The notes: generated by a model not told the origin, from the sequence alone. A DNA stretch of 25,060 nt from a virus (IMGVR_UViG_3300027234_000016:1-25060); one strand, 5' to 3'. Counted from the stretch's first letter, positions 15,416-24,860 are shown. Program-made: numbers and translations.

Positions 15416-15829
15416 GCCCTTCGTGCTAAGCTTAACACACAAAAAGCCGTAACTACCGCAAAGAATACTGCTTCTACTGTTGCAAAGGCTCCAAAAGCTA
15501 CTCTTAAAGCTATGGCTAAAACCAAGGCCACTAAAATTAAGAAAGCAGCTAAGTCTAAGTTTGGCAAAGCTGGCGGTAACACTGCTATGCTTCGTGCTCA
15601 GATGAAAGCCAAGAGTACTGCTAAGAAAGCTAGCGCTGCTGTTCGTACTGCTAAAGCTATCACCAAAGGCAAGGGTGTTGTAGGCGGCGCTAAGGCCTTG
15701 ATTCAGACTAGGAAGAATATTTCCGCTAACCGTAAAGCTCAGGCAAAACCAAAGTACAGCGGTCGTGGTAAGGTTAACGAAAAGAAAAACATGCGTAACC
15801 TTGAGCGCTACAAGAATCGTGGAATGTAA
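15218..15829 (+). CDS. basic paralog family member 4 (Lys/Ala-rich, H1-like composition)
   Basis: first 66 aa identical to member 3; two internal copies of KFxKAGGNTAxLRA. Confidence 0.8.
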   Translation: MPYEKVGLKGQIKSKINKGKLNVKSAASSAYKMTSARKAALMKAVKASALARAAKGKFNKAGGNTAALRAKLNTQKAVTTAKNTASTVAKAPKATLKAMAKTKATKIKKAAKSKFGKAGGNTAMLRAQMKAKSTAKKASAAVRTAKAITKGKGVVGGAKALIQTRKNISANRKAQAKPKYSGRGKVNEKKNMRNLERYKNRGM

Positions 15830-15831
15830 TC

Positions 15832-16542
15832 ATGGTTATTTCAGGTATCTCTTCTATTGCTTTAAAAATAGCCTCAAACAAGCTTTCCTCTAAGCAAAAA
15901 CAAGCGCTAGCCAAAGCTATCAAGGCCAGTGCTCTGAAAAGGGCCAGACGTTCCAAAGTCAAAGAGGTTGGTTTAGCGAGAGCACAAGCCAAGCTGACTA
16001 AGTCTGTTGCAAAGAAAACTGTTAAGATTAATGCAAAGCTAGCATCAAACACTCAGAAAATTTCTCTTTTGAGTAACAGAACAGCAGACAGCCGACTACA
16101 GGTAGCTCAGGCAAGAGACAAGCTGCTTAACCCTTCTTTTACTAGCAAAGCTCTTGGTCTTCATAATGCTAAGAAGAAAGAAAAGCTTCTAGTTGCGGTT
16201 GAGAGGGTTCATGCAAGAGCAAACGCAGAGCTTCAGAGAACGTCTAGATCGTCTATGATTTTGCAAAACAAACTCAATAAGCTGGCTAAGGCAGAAACTA
16301 AACTTCAAGGTCGTATTACGAGAAATGCACAAAAAGGCGTACAGGCTCAGTTACAAGCTGAGAAGTATGCTAAGCTTTCTGGTACAACTATTACTTCTAA
16401 TGATCTTAGTTTGAAGCAAGGCTATGCAGACCTTAGTGAAAAAGCTTTTTGGAATACCTTTATCGGTCTGTCGGTAGCACAGACTGGGGTTGGAGTTTAT
16501 GCTGCAAGTAGGCAGAATAAGAAAAATAAAGACAAAAAATAA
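15832..16542 (+). CDS. basic paralog family member 5 (coiled coil, C-terminal hydrophobic segment)
   Basis: LSSKQKQALAKAIKASA motif, AEKYAKLS motif, FWNTFIGLSVAQTGVGVYAA followed by a basic tail. Confidence 0.75.
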   Translation: MVISGISSIALKIASNKLSSKQKQALAKAIKASALKRARRSKVKEVGLARAQAKLTKSVAKKTVKINAKLASNTQKISLLSNRTADSRLQVAQARDKLLNPSFTSKALGLHNAKKKEKLLVAVERVHARANAELQRTSRSSMILQNKLNKLAKAETKLQGRITRNAQKGVQAQLQAEKYAKLSGTTITSNDLSLKQGYADLSEKAFWNTFIGLSVAQTGVGVYAASRQNKKNKDKK

Positions 16543-16635
16543 GCTATGGTACCACACTATGTTTTATAGACACGGTGTGGTGCACCCCTCAATCACTTTA
16601 CTTACCCATCTGAGGATCGGTAGAAAGGAAACAAA

Positions 16636-17079
16636 ATGCCACGTTCAAAAATTACAGGCCAATCCAAAGACCTTATTACAGATGATGGGAGCATTATTGC
16701 CTCTATTGTTCATGGTGAGCAAACACGCTTACACATCACTGCTGCTTGGTTGACTAACCTGAGCGGTTACACTATCACCGCTAAAGTAGTAGAAGGTGAT
16801 AACATTCAAGATAGCGGGGTTATTCCTCCTACGGCTCGTAGTACCCCTGTGGTGACTACCTTACCTATTCTCGACACTGTGGTAACTGATAACGAGTTTG
16901 ATATTGTCATTCCACAAGACCTTATAGATAACTGGGATACGTTCCCTGCACCTGACAAGCCAATTTACGGCTTTATTGATCTTGAGATTGCTGATAACGG
17001 AGTTGGGTCCGCTCAACAGATCTGGAAGCCACTTCGTGGTATAGTACAGGTACGTTACTCTCCGACAGAAGCAGCTTAA
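16636..17079 (+). CDS. probable virion structural protein (beta-rich, BppU-N-like adaptor)
   Basis: beta-strand pattern (YGFIDLEI...PLRGIVQV), AAGGA RBS, immediately before the tail fibre. Confidence 0.55.
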   Translation: MPRSKITGQSKDLITDDGSIIASIVHGEQTRLHITAAWLTNLSGYTITAKVVEGDNIQDSGVIPPTARSTPVVTTLPILDTVVTDNEFDIVIPQDLIDNWDTFPAPDKPIYGFIDLEIADNGVGSAQQIWKPLRGIVQVRYSPTEAA

Positions 17080-17082
17080 GGC

Positions 17083-20000
17083 ATGGCTAACACAAGCCTC
17101 ATAGTTAATCAAAATCAATTCTTAGTCTCTGTCGATACCAACGGTGACTACACGCTAAGCATTGGTGATAACTCCCGTGACATCACGGTTGAGAATCAAG
17201 AAATATCCTTGTCCCTCTCCAGAACAGGTGGGCAAGGTACTAAAGGGGACTCTGTAGCTACTGCGTATATCGATGCAAGCAACGATCTTCATGTTGTTAT
17301 TAATAACTCCGCTGGTGAGCTAGTCTCAGACATTAACGTTGGCGGTTCTGCCTACTACGCTCTATTGTTAACAGTCCAGGCAGATGCAGAGACTGCCCAA
17401 GCGCTTGCAGAGACCGCTCAGTCTTTTGCTGAGACGGCGCAAACCTCTGCTGAAACGGCTCAGTATCTCTCAGAGACCGCTCAGTCTTCTGCTGAAACAG
17501 CTCAAGCTTCCGCTGAGTTGGCTTTAGACGCCTTTGATGATCGTTTTCTAGGCGCTAAAACAACTGAGCCTGCAGTAGATAACGATGGCGACCCATTACA
17601 ACTAGGCGCAATTTATTTTAACACGACAACAAACCAGCTAGGCTTTTGGAGTGGTTCTTCTTGGAACTACCCTGTTGCTCTTTCCGCAGAGAATGCAGCT
17701 ATTGCCATTACTAATGCTACTAGCGCTTCTGCTTCCGCTTCAGCTGCTGCAAGCAGTGAGTATAACGCAGAGCTATCGAAGTTGGCGGCTCTTAACTCAA
17801 AAAACGCAGCTTCACAAAGTGCTATCAATGCGGCTTCTAGTGAAAATAACTCAGAAACTTACGCAGGACAAGCACAAGCTTCTGCTAGCTCTGCAAGCAA
17901 CTCTGAAACCTCTGCCGCTGCCTTCTCTGCTAGTTCTGCTAACTTTGCAGCTCTCTCTGAAGCTTCCGAAGATAATGCGAATGACAGTGCTCAAGCCGCT
18001 CAAGCCAGTGCTGCTGCTGCTGTTGTATCTAGCAATGAAGCAACCAATAGTGCAAACAGTGCAGGGAGTTCTGCAGCTGCGGCCTCCAATAGTGCAGTTA
18101 ATGCTAACAACTCTGCAGGTGCGGCCTCCGCTAGTGCCTTTGAAGCCTCTTCTAGTGCGGCCTCAGCCAGCTCAAATGCATCGGTTACATCAAGCAACTT
18201 AGCCTCCATACAAACTATTTTTGATAACTTTGATGACCGTTACCTGGGCAGCAAAACAAGTGACCCTTCTTTAGACAACGACGGAAACCCTTTGCTGGTA
18301 GGCTCTATCTATTGGAATAGCGTAGAGGGATACTTAAAGTTTTATAACGGCACTTCTTGGGAGGCACCTAGTGCGTCTGCAGCCAACTCTGCTTCGGCAG
18401 CTGCTACAAGTGCAGCCTCCGCAAGCTCTAGTCAAGTAGCTTCTGCAAGTAGCGCAGCAGACTCTTTGAGCTATCGAAACTCTGCTAACTCTATTTTGTC
18501 TCTAGTACAAACTACCTATGATAACTTTGATGACCGTTACTTGGGTACTAAACAATCAAACCCGACTGTAGACAATGATGGTAATGCAATTCTTCCAGGG
18601 GCTATCTACTACAACTCCTCTAGCTCGGATCTTAGACTCTACACAGGCGCTGAATGGTCTCGCCCTTTCTATGACGCTACTAACTCTGCTTCTGCTGCTT
18701 TGGCTAGTGAACAAGCTGCTGCAACTAGCGCCACTAACGCCTTAGCAAGTGAAACTGCTGCAGCAACTAGTGAAGCTAACGCCTTAGCAAGTGAAACTGC
18801 TGCAGCAACTAGTGAAGCTAACGCAGCTTCTTCTGAGTTTACTGCTTCAACTGCAGCCTCTGATGCTTTGACAAGTGAAACTGCCGCTGCTACCTCTGAA
18901 ACAAATGCAGCAAGTTCTGCCAGTTCTAGCTTAACTAGCGCTAACGCTTCAGCGGCTTCTGCCTCTGCTGCTTTAGCAAGTGAGACAGCCTCGGCTATTT
19001 CTGAAACTAACGCTGCAAGCTCTGCTTTGGCTGCTTCTAGCTCAGAGACTGCCGCTGCTTCTTCTGAGACTGCTGCGGGAGCTAGTTCTACAGCTGCTTT
19101 GGCTAGTGAACAAGCTGCTGCAACTAGCGCCACTAACGCAGCTTCTTCTGCTCTTGATTCTGCTAACTCTGCGACAGCTTCTGCAACCAGTGCTTCTAAC
19201 TCAAACACTTCTGCTTTGGATAGCGCTTCTAGTGCTTCCGCAGCTAGCGCCTCTGAGACCTCTGCTTCTAGCAGTGCTTCCGCTGCTTCTAGCAGTGCTT
19301 CCGCAGCTTCTAGCAGTGCTTCCGCTGCTTTTAGCAGTGCTTCCGCTGCTTCTGCTTCGGCCTCTGCTGCGGCTACTTCTGAAACTAATGCAGCAGCTTC
19401 TGAGGCTAATGCTTTAACAAGTGAGACTAACTCAACAGCTTCCGCTGCGGTTTCAACAACCAAGGCTTCTGAAGCTTCTGCTTCGGCCTCTGCTGCGGCT
19501 ACTTCTGAAACTAATGCAGCTAACTCTGCTTTCGCTGCCGCTTCTTCTGAGACTAACGCTGCGACAAGCGAGACTAACGCTCAGTCTATCTTTGATGACT
19601 TTGATGCCAGTTATCTTGGAGCTAAGGCCACAGACCCTGCAGTAGATAATAATGGAAATCCACTACTAGTGGGGGCACTGTTCTTTGATACAACAGTAAA
19701 CAGAATGAAGATCTGGGCTGGAACTGACTGGCAACTGGCTTATGTTTCTTTAGGCGGCGCTCTTGTTGCGGCTAACAACTTATCTGATGTCGAGTCGGTT
19801 GCAACCTCTATTAACAACCTCGGACTCGGAACAGAGTCCTCTGTTACTCACGGAGATATCACAACGGACTATATCTCCTTTGATACGGCTGCAGCACACA
19901 CTGCGGTCAGTGGAGAGTTGGCTTGGAATGCTGATGAAAGCACCTTAGATTTAGGCTTAAACGCTAACGTAACCCTACAGCTTGGTCAGGAGCAAGTTGC

Positions 20001-20958
20001 TTTTGTAAGGAATACTTCGGGAGTAGATATTCTTAACGGAGACGTGGTAAGAGTTACAGGGGCAAGCGGTAACAAGATCACAGTAAGCCTAGCAAATGCT
20101 GGTAGTGAAGGAGCCTCTAGCACTACTTTTGGGGTGGCTACTGAGGCTATCCCTAATAACTCCAGTGGGTTTATTACCTTTTCTGGTATTGTCAGAGAGT
20201 TGGATACTTCTAGCTATTCAGAGGGGCAAGCTCTGTGGCTTGCAGCTGGCGGCGGCTTCACTTCTACTAAGCCCCTATCTCCGAATCACTTAGTTCAGAT
20301 AGGTTGGGTTACTAGGTCTCATGCTACTGAAGGTGCTATTTATGTTTCGATAAATAACGGATGGGAGTTTGGAGAGCTTCACGATGTGTTACTTACATCA
20401 GTGGCAGACAACGATATTCTTTCGTGGGACAACTCTGCTGCAGTTTGGAAGAACACTGCTGACGTAACTCTCGATAGTCTAACAACTACGGGTGTTGTTT
20501 CTGTTGGGACTAACTTAACAGTTGGTGGTGACTTAATTGTAAACGGCACAACAACAACAATCAACGCAACAGAGCTTGCGATTGTAGATAACATGATTTA
20601 TCTAAACGAGGGTAGCACTGTTACTAACCCTGACTTAGGTTGGGTAGGTAACTACAATGACGGAACTTACGCTCATGCGGGTATCTTTAGAGATGCTACT
20701 GACGGTGTGTTTAAATTCTTTAAAGGCTACACTCCAGAGCCAGGACAGGCGATTGATACTTCTCACGCTTCTTATACAGCTGCCAGTATCCAAGCCTCCA
20801 CTGTTGACACAACAACGGTTACGCTTAATGGTTGGACTATTACCGAAACTAATGGTCACTTGTACTTCTCTGTGGGGGGTCTAAACAAAATGAAATTAGA
20901 TTCCTCTGGAAACTTACAGGTAGTAGGTAATGTTGATTCTAATGCAACTATAACTTAA
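17083..20958 (+). CDS. long tail fibre protein with Ala/Ser coiled-coil shaft
   Basis: 1291 aa; heptad A/S repeats; four FDDRYLG..DNDG..GA.Y.N modules; GDLIVNGTTTTIN and LYF...MKLDSSGNL fibre motifs. Confidence 0.85.
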   Translation: MANTSLIVNQNQFLVSVDTNGDYTLSIGDNSRDITVENQEISLSLSRTGGQGTKGDSVATAYIDASNDLHVVINNSAGELVSDINVGGSAYYALLLTVQADAETAQALAETAQSFAETAQTSAETAQYLSETAQSSAETAQASAELALDAFDDRFLGAKTTEPAVDNDGDPLQLGAIYFNTTTNQLGFWSGSSWNYPVALSAENAAIAITNATSASASASAAASSEYNAELSKLAALNSKNAASQSAINAASSENNSETYAGQAQASASSASNSETSAAAFSASSANFAALSEASEDNANDSAQAAQASAAAAVVSSNEATNSANSAGSSAAAASNSAVNANNSAGAASASAFEASSSAASASSNASVTSSNLASIQTIFDNFDDRYLGSKTSDPSLDNDGNPLLVGSIYWNSVEGYLKFYNGTSWEAPSASAANSASAAATSAASASSSQVASASSAADSLSYRNSANSILSLVQTTYDNFDDRYLGTKQSNPTVDNDGNAILPGAIYYNSSSSDLRLYTGAEWSRPFYDATNSASAALASEQAAATSATNALASETAAATSEANALASETAAATSEANAASSEFTASTAASDALTSETAAATSETNAASSASSSLTSANASAASASAALASETASAISETNAASSALAASSSETAAASSETAAGASSTAALASEQAAATSATNAASSALDSANSATASATSASNSNTSALDSASSASAASASETSASSSASAASSSASAASSSASAAFSSASAASASASAAATSETNAAASEANALTSETNSTASAAVSTTKASEASASASAAATSETNAANSAFAAASSETNAATSETNAQSIFDDFDASYLGAKATDPAVDNNGNPLLVGALFFDTTVNRMKIWAGTDWQLAYVSLGGALVAANNLSDVESVATSINNLGLGTESSVTHGDITTDYISFDTAAAHTAVSGELAWNADESTLDLGLNANVTLQLGQEQVAFVRNTSGVDILNGDVVRVTGASGNKITVSLANAGSEGASSTTFGVATEAIPNNSSGFITFSGIVRELDTSSYSEGQALWLAAGGGFTSTKPLSPNHLVQIGWVTRSHATEGAIYVSINNGWEFGELHDVLLTSVADNDILSWDNSAAVWKNTADVTLDSLTTTGVVSVGTNLTVGGDLIVNGTTTTINATELAIVDNMIYLNEGSTVTNPDLGWVGNYNDGTYAHAGIFRDATDGVFKFFKGYTPEPGQAIDTSHASYTAASIQASTVDTTTVTLNGWTITETNGHLYFSVGGLNKMKLDSSGNLQVVGNVDSNATIT
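19264..19353 (+). repeat. 21-nt tandem repeat, about 4.3 copies, inside the tail fibre
   Basis: (GCTTCTAGCAGTGCTTCCGCW)n encoding ASSSASA heptads. Confidence 0.85.
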
Positions 20959-20962
20959 TTTT

Positions 20963-20986
20963 AGGGCGCTCCTTCGGGGGCGTCCT
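20963..20986 (+). promoter_or_regulatory. intergenic UUCG hairpin lacking a U tract
   Basis: AGGGCGCTCC-TTCG-GGGGCGTCCT, 10 bp with 2 G-U. Confidence 0.6.
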
Positions 20987-21006
20987 GCCTAGTAGAGGAT
21001 ACGAAA

Positions 21007-24000
21007 ATGGCAATTAAAATTGCAGGAACAACTGTTATTGATGACAGTAGAAATATTACAACAAACATTGGCACAGTCGATGGTCGTGACGTATCAGTAG
21101 ACGGTGCGAAGCTAGACTTACTAGACCAAGGTGTTGCTACAACTGATAGCCCTACGTTTGCCGAGGTCATCGTTCGAGACGCCGCAGGGGACTTCTCTAC
21201 AAACACTGCTGACGCACGTTTAACATTGAAGGCTGGAAATTCAACTGCGGCAGAGCTTGGCTTTGTCAACACAACGTCTGGTCAGTTTACAGTAAGAAAC
21301 AAGCTAGACGGAGATATGCGTTTTCGTCTGGAAGACACGACAAATAGATTTCGTTTCGAGGACACAACAGGCAGTAATACTATTGCCACTATCTCTAACT
21401 CAGGTATGAGGATCGGTGGTGGTAACGCCAGCGCAACTGAGGCTCTGGAGGTTGTAGGTAATATTGTTGCTACTGGACTCACAGTTACTGATGCATATGC
21501 ATGGCTTAATATAGATGGTTCTTCAACAGCACAGTACAGCGGCGGTAATTTGTGGCTATCTAATAGTGCTACAGCGAATAACTATGGGGTAGCCCTTACA
21601 AGCCAAATCGCTAATACTGACACTACAGGAAGCACCTTTGCCCTGAACGAAGTTAGTTCGACTGGCTATTATTCAAAGACTATCTTTAGCTATGACCATA
21701 ATAATAGTACCTTTTCACATAACCAATACAACTACTTCAACTCCGGTTTAGGTGTTGCAGGTGATATATCTGTTACGGGTACTGTAGATGGCCGTGACGT
21801 TGCGGCTGATGGTACTAAGCTAGATGGCATTGAAGCTGGGGCAACTGCGGATCAGACGGCGGCTGAAATACTGACAGCAGTTAAAACTGTTGACGGGGCG
21901 GCTTCTGGTCTAGACGCTGACTTGCTCGACGGCCTGCACGCATCGTCGTTCTTGCAGGGCAACCAAACAATCACGCTGTCTGGCGATGCGACAGGCTCTG
22001 GCACGACATCAATCGTTGTCACGGTAGCCGACGACAGCCACAACCATATTATCAGCAACGTTGACGGCTTGCAGGTCGCGCTTGATGGAAAGCTGTCAAA
22101 AACAGGAAATGATACCTCAACAGGTTACATTGCTGCGGAAGGGTTTGTTAATTTAGGGACTGGCTCCCTTTCAATCCTCAACCCACACAATGCTAACTAT
22201 GCCACACAGACCGCGAATGTCACTGGTGCAATCAAGATTACACTACCTGTATCTTGGACGAACACGATGATGCGAATGACTATTCGCATTTATGAGTATT
22301 CTACCAACGAGGGGTTTGATGTAGTTTGCGGTGGTTACAACTATTCTACGGGTAGCACTTGGATCAATCCTTTTGCTTACATCCTTGGAAACCCCAACGT
22401 AAATAGAAACTTTAACGTCCGCTTTGGCCATGATGGCTCTAAGTGCTGCATCTACATTGGAGAGATTTCATCAGTTTGGAGCTATCCACAAGTGGCGGTG
22501 ACCCATTTTGTCGGTGGTTATTCCAGCTACAGCGCAGAGGTTTGGAATGATAACTGGGATGTTGGCTTCGCTACAGCATTTGGCACTGTTACTCAGACTA
22601 TTACCAACTCAGAAGTCGGGAGATTTGTAGACGGTTCGCCTGTCTGGCACTCTGGCAACGATGGCTCTGGCTCGGGTCTAGACGCTGACCTCTTGGATGG
22701 TGTGCAGGGCAGTAGCTACCTAAGAAGTGATGCTAGTGACGTTATTACAGGGGACAACAGGTCTTTGTCATTTGGTGTAGCTGGCGGTGGCTCAACAACA
22801 GGTGCAAGGTTCTTGTCTATTGAGGGCAACAGTGACACCTCTGGCGAAGGATCTGGACGCCTCTTCTTCGCAGAACATAACTCAACAACAGCCTTGATGG
22901 ATAATTATGGCTTTTCCATTGGGTATCGTGGTGGTGATACTTCGGTTGTTGGGGCAAGTGGAAATACTTGGACAGGTCTAAGCCAGATTGGTAACGGCGA
23001 ATGGGGTATGTGGGGCCATGATAATAATGCTACAGGCTCACTCATAGCACACGGTCCAAGATCAGGGGCTTATTCTGATTTTACAGGGCTAAAGGTAGGT
23101 GGCTCTGATGTATGGCATACAGGCAACGATGGCTCTGGTTCTGGCCTAGATGCTGACTTGCTTGATGGACAACAGGGTAGTTACTACTATAGCCCCGCTA
23201 ATGCTCCTGACCCTACTTTGACACTCTCTGGTGATGCTTCTGGCTCTGCTACATTTACTAACTTAGGTAATGCTACACTTACAGTTACTATTGCAGACAA
23301 CAGCCACAACCACACTAATTACTTCCCGTGGTCAAGCGGTAGTTCCATCAATTTGAGTACGGAGCTTGCCTCAGGTGTATACCAAGGCTCTACAAGCTCA
23401 TGGACTGACAGAGGCCCCAGCGGAAACAATGCAGGTGCTTTATTTAATATAAACACACACTCTGGCGCTTACTACAGTCAGCTATGGTTTGATACCGCAG
23501 GTAATAACTTTTATCATAGAGGTATTAACAACGACACAACCCCTTCTGCTACTTGGGATAAAGTCTGGACTCAAGGCAACGACGGCTCTGGTTCAGGCTT
23601 AGACGCTGACCTCTTGGACGGTAATCACGCAAGTGCTTTTGCTTTAGCAAGCCACACCCACGATTACGTTCCAGAACGAAGCAGAACAGACTGGAACGAC
23701 AGCACTGTTGTAAATGATGTCATCGGCCAGATGGCATGGAAGAACTATGGCAACAACCACACCATATTCGACGCATCCGCCAGCACGTCACCTACAGGTG
23801 TAGCTAAAAACAACACAGACCCAGATGTGCCATGGGTTGCTACTTACCCCACCTTGATGGGTTACAACGGTTCCAACACTTATGGTATCCGTGTTGACAT
23901 TGCACGTAAGGCAGAACTGCTTGGTGGGCTTGCCCTCAACTCAACTACCAGAAACAACCAAGTAAATACAGTTGTGCGCACACAAGCCAATGGTTACGCC

Positions 24001-24387
24001 GAGTTTGGCTGGATCAACACCACAAGCGGCAACACAACAACAGCTTCATCGGACTACTACGTCAACACGAATGATGGGTACATCCGCAAGAAGACACTGG
24101 ATAACGTCCGTGCAGAAGTCGTTGGTGGCGCTGGCTGGGGTGGTGTTGGTTCCTATGCCCATGTTGGGTGGTACTCAACCGCAGCGCATGGTGCAGGTGC
24201 CACAATCGCTGGCTCTTCTCTTTTTACTTGGGAAATATACACCAGCGCCAATGGGGGCAGTGGTTGGACGGGTTCAATTGCTGGCAGTTCAGCAGCCGCA
24301 GGTTTTGGTGGTACTTGGCGCTGGGTGAGTAACGCTGTTTTAACAGGAACAAGGTCTAGATTAGGCTTGGCAGTAAGGATTTCATAA
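21007..24387 (+). CDS. modular tail fibre / receptor-binding protein
   Basis: 1126 aa, G/S/T/N-rich; four GLDADLLDG linkers, two GTVDGRDV motifs, HxH motifs; followed by a chaperone. Confidence 0.85.
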   Translation: MAIKIAGTTVIDDSRNITTNIGTVDGRDVSVDGAKLDLLDQGVATTDSPTFAEVIVRDAAGDFSTNTADARLTLKAGNSTAAELGFVNTTSGQFTVRNKLDGDMRFRLEDTTNRFRFEDTTGSNTIATISNSGMRIGGGNASATEALEVVGNIVATGLTVTDAYAWLNIDGSSTAQYSGGNLWLSNSATANNYGVALTSQIANTDTTGSTFALNEVSSTGYYSKTIFSYDHNNSTFSHNQYNYFNSGLGVAGDISVTGTVDGRDVAADGTKLDGIEAGATADQTAAEILTAVKTVDGAASGLDADLLDGLHASSFLQGNQTITLSGDATGSGTTSIVVTVADDSHNHIISNVDGLQVALDGKLSKTGNDTSTGYIAAEGFVNLGTGSLSILNPHNANYATQTANVTGAIKITLPVSWTNTMMRMTIRIYEYSTNEGFDVVCGGYNYSTGSTWINPFAYILGNPNVNRNFNVRFGHDGSKCCIYIGEISSVWSYPQVAVTHFVGGYSSYSAEVWNDNWDVGFATAFGTVTQTITNSEVGRFVDGSPVWHSGNDGSGSGLDADLLDGVQGSSYLRSDASDVITGDNRSLSFGVAGGGSTTGARFLSIEGNSDTSGEGSGRLFFAEHNSTTALMDNYGFSIGYRGGDTSVVGASGNTWTGLSQIGNGEWGMWGHDNNATGSLIAHGPRSGAYSDFTGLKVGGSDVWHTGNDGSGSGLDADLLDGQQGSYYYSPANAPDPTLTLSGDASGSATFTNLGNATLTVTIADNSHNHTNYFPWSSGSSINLSTELASGVYQGSTSSWTDRGPSGNNAGALFNINTHSGAYYSQLWFDTAGNNFYHRGINNDTTPSATWDKVWTQGNDGSGSGLDADLLDGNHASAFALASHTHDYVPERSRTDWNDSTVVNDVIGQMAWKNYGNNHTIFDASASTSPTGVAKNNTDPDVPWVATYPTLMGYNGSNTYGIRVDIARKAELLGGLALNSTTRNNQVNTVVRTQANGYAEFGWINTTSGNTTTASSDYYVNTNDGYIRKKTLDNVRAEVVGGAGWGGVGSYAHVGWYSTAAHGAGATIAGSSLFTWEIYTSANGGSGWTGSIAGSSAAAGFGGTWRWVSNAVLTGTRSRLGLAVRIS

Positions 24388-24788
24388 TGACAAACTATCG
24401 CAACGCAAAATACATCAACGACAACGGCTGGATTGACTGTGAGATCGAACACCAAGACTACGGCTGGATTCCCTACACGCTAGACCCAGCAGATACTGAC
24501 ATGACGATCAACAACGACGATCTCTTGGCCGCTATGGAAGCCGCTGGTGATGTCGCAGCATACGTCCCGCCCACTCAAGCTGAACTGGACGCAGCACTGT
24601 CTGAGCAGCTTCGCATGGAGCGTGACGGCCTGTTAGCTGAAGTAGATGCCTTCGTCGGTAACCCACTGCGCTGGGCTACTCTCTCAGCAGAACAGCAGGG
24701 CGCTTGGGCAGTCTACCGTCAGGCGCTGCTTGATGTGCCACAACAGGCTGGCTTCCCTAATGATGTCGTGTGGCCTGTTAAACCCTGA
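24387..24788 (+). CDS. tail fibre assembly chaperone
   Basis: LRMERDGLL...WAVYRQALLDVPQQAGFP..V.WP.KP; TAATG coupling to the fibre gene. Confidence 0.88.
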   Translation: MTNYRNAKYINDNGWIDCEIEHQDYGWIPYTLDPADTDMTINNDDLLAAMEAAGDVAAYVPPTQAELDAALSEQLRMERDGLLAEVDAFVGNPLRWATLSAEQQGAWAVYRQALLDVPQQAGFPNDVVWPVKP

Positions 24789-24801
24789 ATTAAACTAAAA
24801 C

Positions 24802-24826
24802 AAGTGGGGCCTTCGGGCCCTGCTTT
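24802..24826 (+). terminator. probable (weak) intrinsic terminator
   Basis: AAGTGGGGCC-TTCG-GGCCCTGCTT stem with only a short T run. Confidence 0.55.
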
Positions 24827-24860
24827 AACCCTTAAACAATAACAGTCCAAGGAATCTTTT

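Noticed and set aside
18669-19463. 264-aa minus-strand ORF and other alternative-frame ORFs in the fibre, RNR and basic genes
   Set aside because: These are shadows of low-complexity, GCT-rich coding sequence on the + strand, with no RBS or operon context.
18694-19520. CRISPR-like array or DGR template/variable repeats
   Set aside because: The repeats are in-frame coding heptads without unique, evenly sized spacers; there are no adenine-specific mismatches and no reverse transcriptase or cas gene in the window.
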